A DNA stretch of 24,709 nucleotides from assembly GCA_036339875.1 (NCBI GenBank), contig JAYZAC010000059.1, positions 1-24,709 on the forward strand, given 5' to 3'. The translations under genes were made by a program, and so were the position numbers. This DNA comes from a bacterium (lineage in GTDB: Bacteria; Muiribacteriota; UBA6191). This document shows, piece after piece, positions 23,926-24,709 of the stretch. Below the pieces are notes generated by a model. The model ran no database searches and was not told where the DNA came from. It was given only the letters and a program-made list of their open reading frames with translations. How positions within the stretch are numbered: position 1 is the stretch's first letter; the number at the start of each line of letters is the position of its first letter.

Positions 23926-24709
23926 TTACTGAAAATTTTGACTTCGCTGCAAAGTCTTTAATACCTTTTGACGTAATTCTTCTTTCATATTAAGCAAATC
24001 AAAAGCAGCAGTTAAATCTTCACTCGTTTCGTTATTGAAACTTTGTGCGGCTTGAAAAATATTTTGCTCGTCCTGTCCAACTATCATTGATCTAACAAAG
24101 TTTTGAACTTTGCCAGCTAATTTATAAACTTCTGACTGTTGCTGCTCAGGAGATAATCCATTGCGAATATTTTTGAAAACATAACGCAACATTTTTACGC
24201 CACGTCTATTGATTTCGGGAACTTCACTCTGCGGTGGCACAAATTGCCTACCAAGTTCAATCGTGTAGGCTGCCACATTATACTTTCCATACAGATAATC
24301 ATCAAAAATCCCTGAAGCCACGTACAAATCACTTGCCTGTATAGGCTCGTAATCATCCATGATCTTACCCATCACTGTACCATGCTTCAGAAAAAATGCA
24401 TGATCTCGCGTCTGCATGGAAGAAGTGTATCCCCATGGCCACAAAATCAGCTCGCTGTAGGAATGAAATGAAATAGCGGCAGTAAAACCATGTTCTTCCT
24501 GCAAATTCTCAATGACTTGATTTTCTACCTCAGACATGGCATTTGGACCTCTATATGTGTCTGACCAAGAAGATGCACTCGCGCCATATCCACCCCACTC
24601 GTAGCTGTAGTTGCGATTATTATCCACACCCATGCCCCAACGGTTTTTACTACGGTTCTTTCGCCACATTCTTTTTTGCTTTCTCGAATAGACCGCTCCA
24701 TCGGGATTA
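23926..24709 (-). CDS. M14 family zinc carboxypeptidase (5' end outside the window)
   Basis: The frame continues past the track start to the window edge: NPDGAVYSRKQKRMWRKNR, then GVDNNRNY, YRGP.AMSEVE, SFHSYSELILWPWG (third Zn ligand) and YTIELG (catalytic Glu). Confidence 0.93.
   Translation of the reverse strand, partial: NPDGAVYSRKQKRMWRKNRSKNRWGMGVDNNRNYSYEWGGYGASASSWSDTYRGPNAMSEVENQVIENLQEEHGFTAAISFHSYSELILWPWGYTSSMQTRDHAFFLKHGTVMGKIMDDYEPIQASDLYVASGIFDDYLYGKYNVAAYTIELGRQFVPPQSEVPEINRRGVKMLRYVFKNIRNGLSPEQQQSEVYKLAGKVQNFVRSMIVGQDEQNIFQAAQSFNNETSEDLTAAFDLLNMKEELRQKVLKTLQRSQNFQ

Noticed and set aside
1..24709. Mobile element, prophage, tRNA or rRNA
   Set aside because: No transposase/integrase/phage ORFs, terminal repeats, cloverleaf motifs or obvious compositional break were seen by eye.

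Overview
AT-rich (roughly 35-38% GC by eye) bacterial chromosomal segment, densely coding. I found no rRNA, tRNA, CRISPR array, transposase, integrase or phage gene. The left end is a minus-strand operon: glnS, then a divergent squalene-hopene-cyclase-family terpene cyclase, then a MATE transporter that runs off the window. It is followed by a hypothetical protein, a Cho-like GIY-YIG nuclease with a degenerate N-terminal exonuclease-like domain, an Hsp20 gene with a candidate sigma-54 promoter and a clear terminator, a B12-binding radical SAM enzyme, an FGE-sulfatase-domain protein, a YceI-like protein, a membrane protein, a PD-(D/E)XK nuclease-Fe-S DinG/Rad3 helicase fusion, an MBL hydrolase/SRPBCC/large hypothetical cluster, a Sel1/methyltransferase pair, a MerR-type regulator, a 1075-aa secreted hypothetical protein and a truncated M14 carboxypeptidase. 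The best leads are: (1) an orphan cyclase with a rebuilt product-determining C-terminus, coupled to glnS and MATE; (2) a possible cryptic His-Cys (clan CD-like) protease in the 722-aa hypothetical; (3) a pseudo-exonuclease-Cho fusion; (4) a recurring -10-N6-ATG leaderless signature. All family assignments come from motif recognition by eye, not from database searches.
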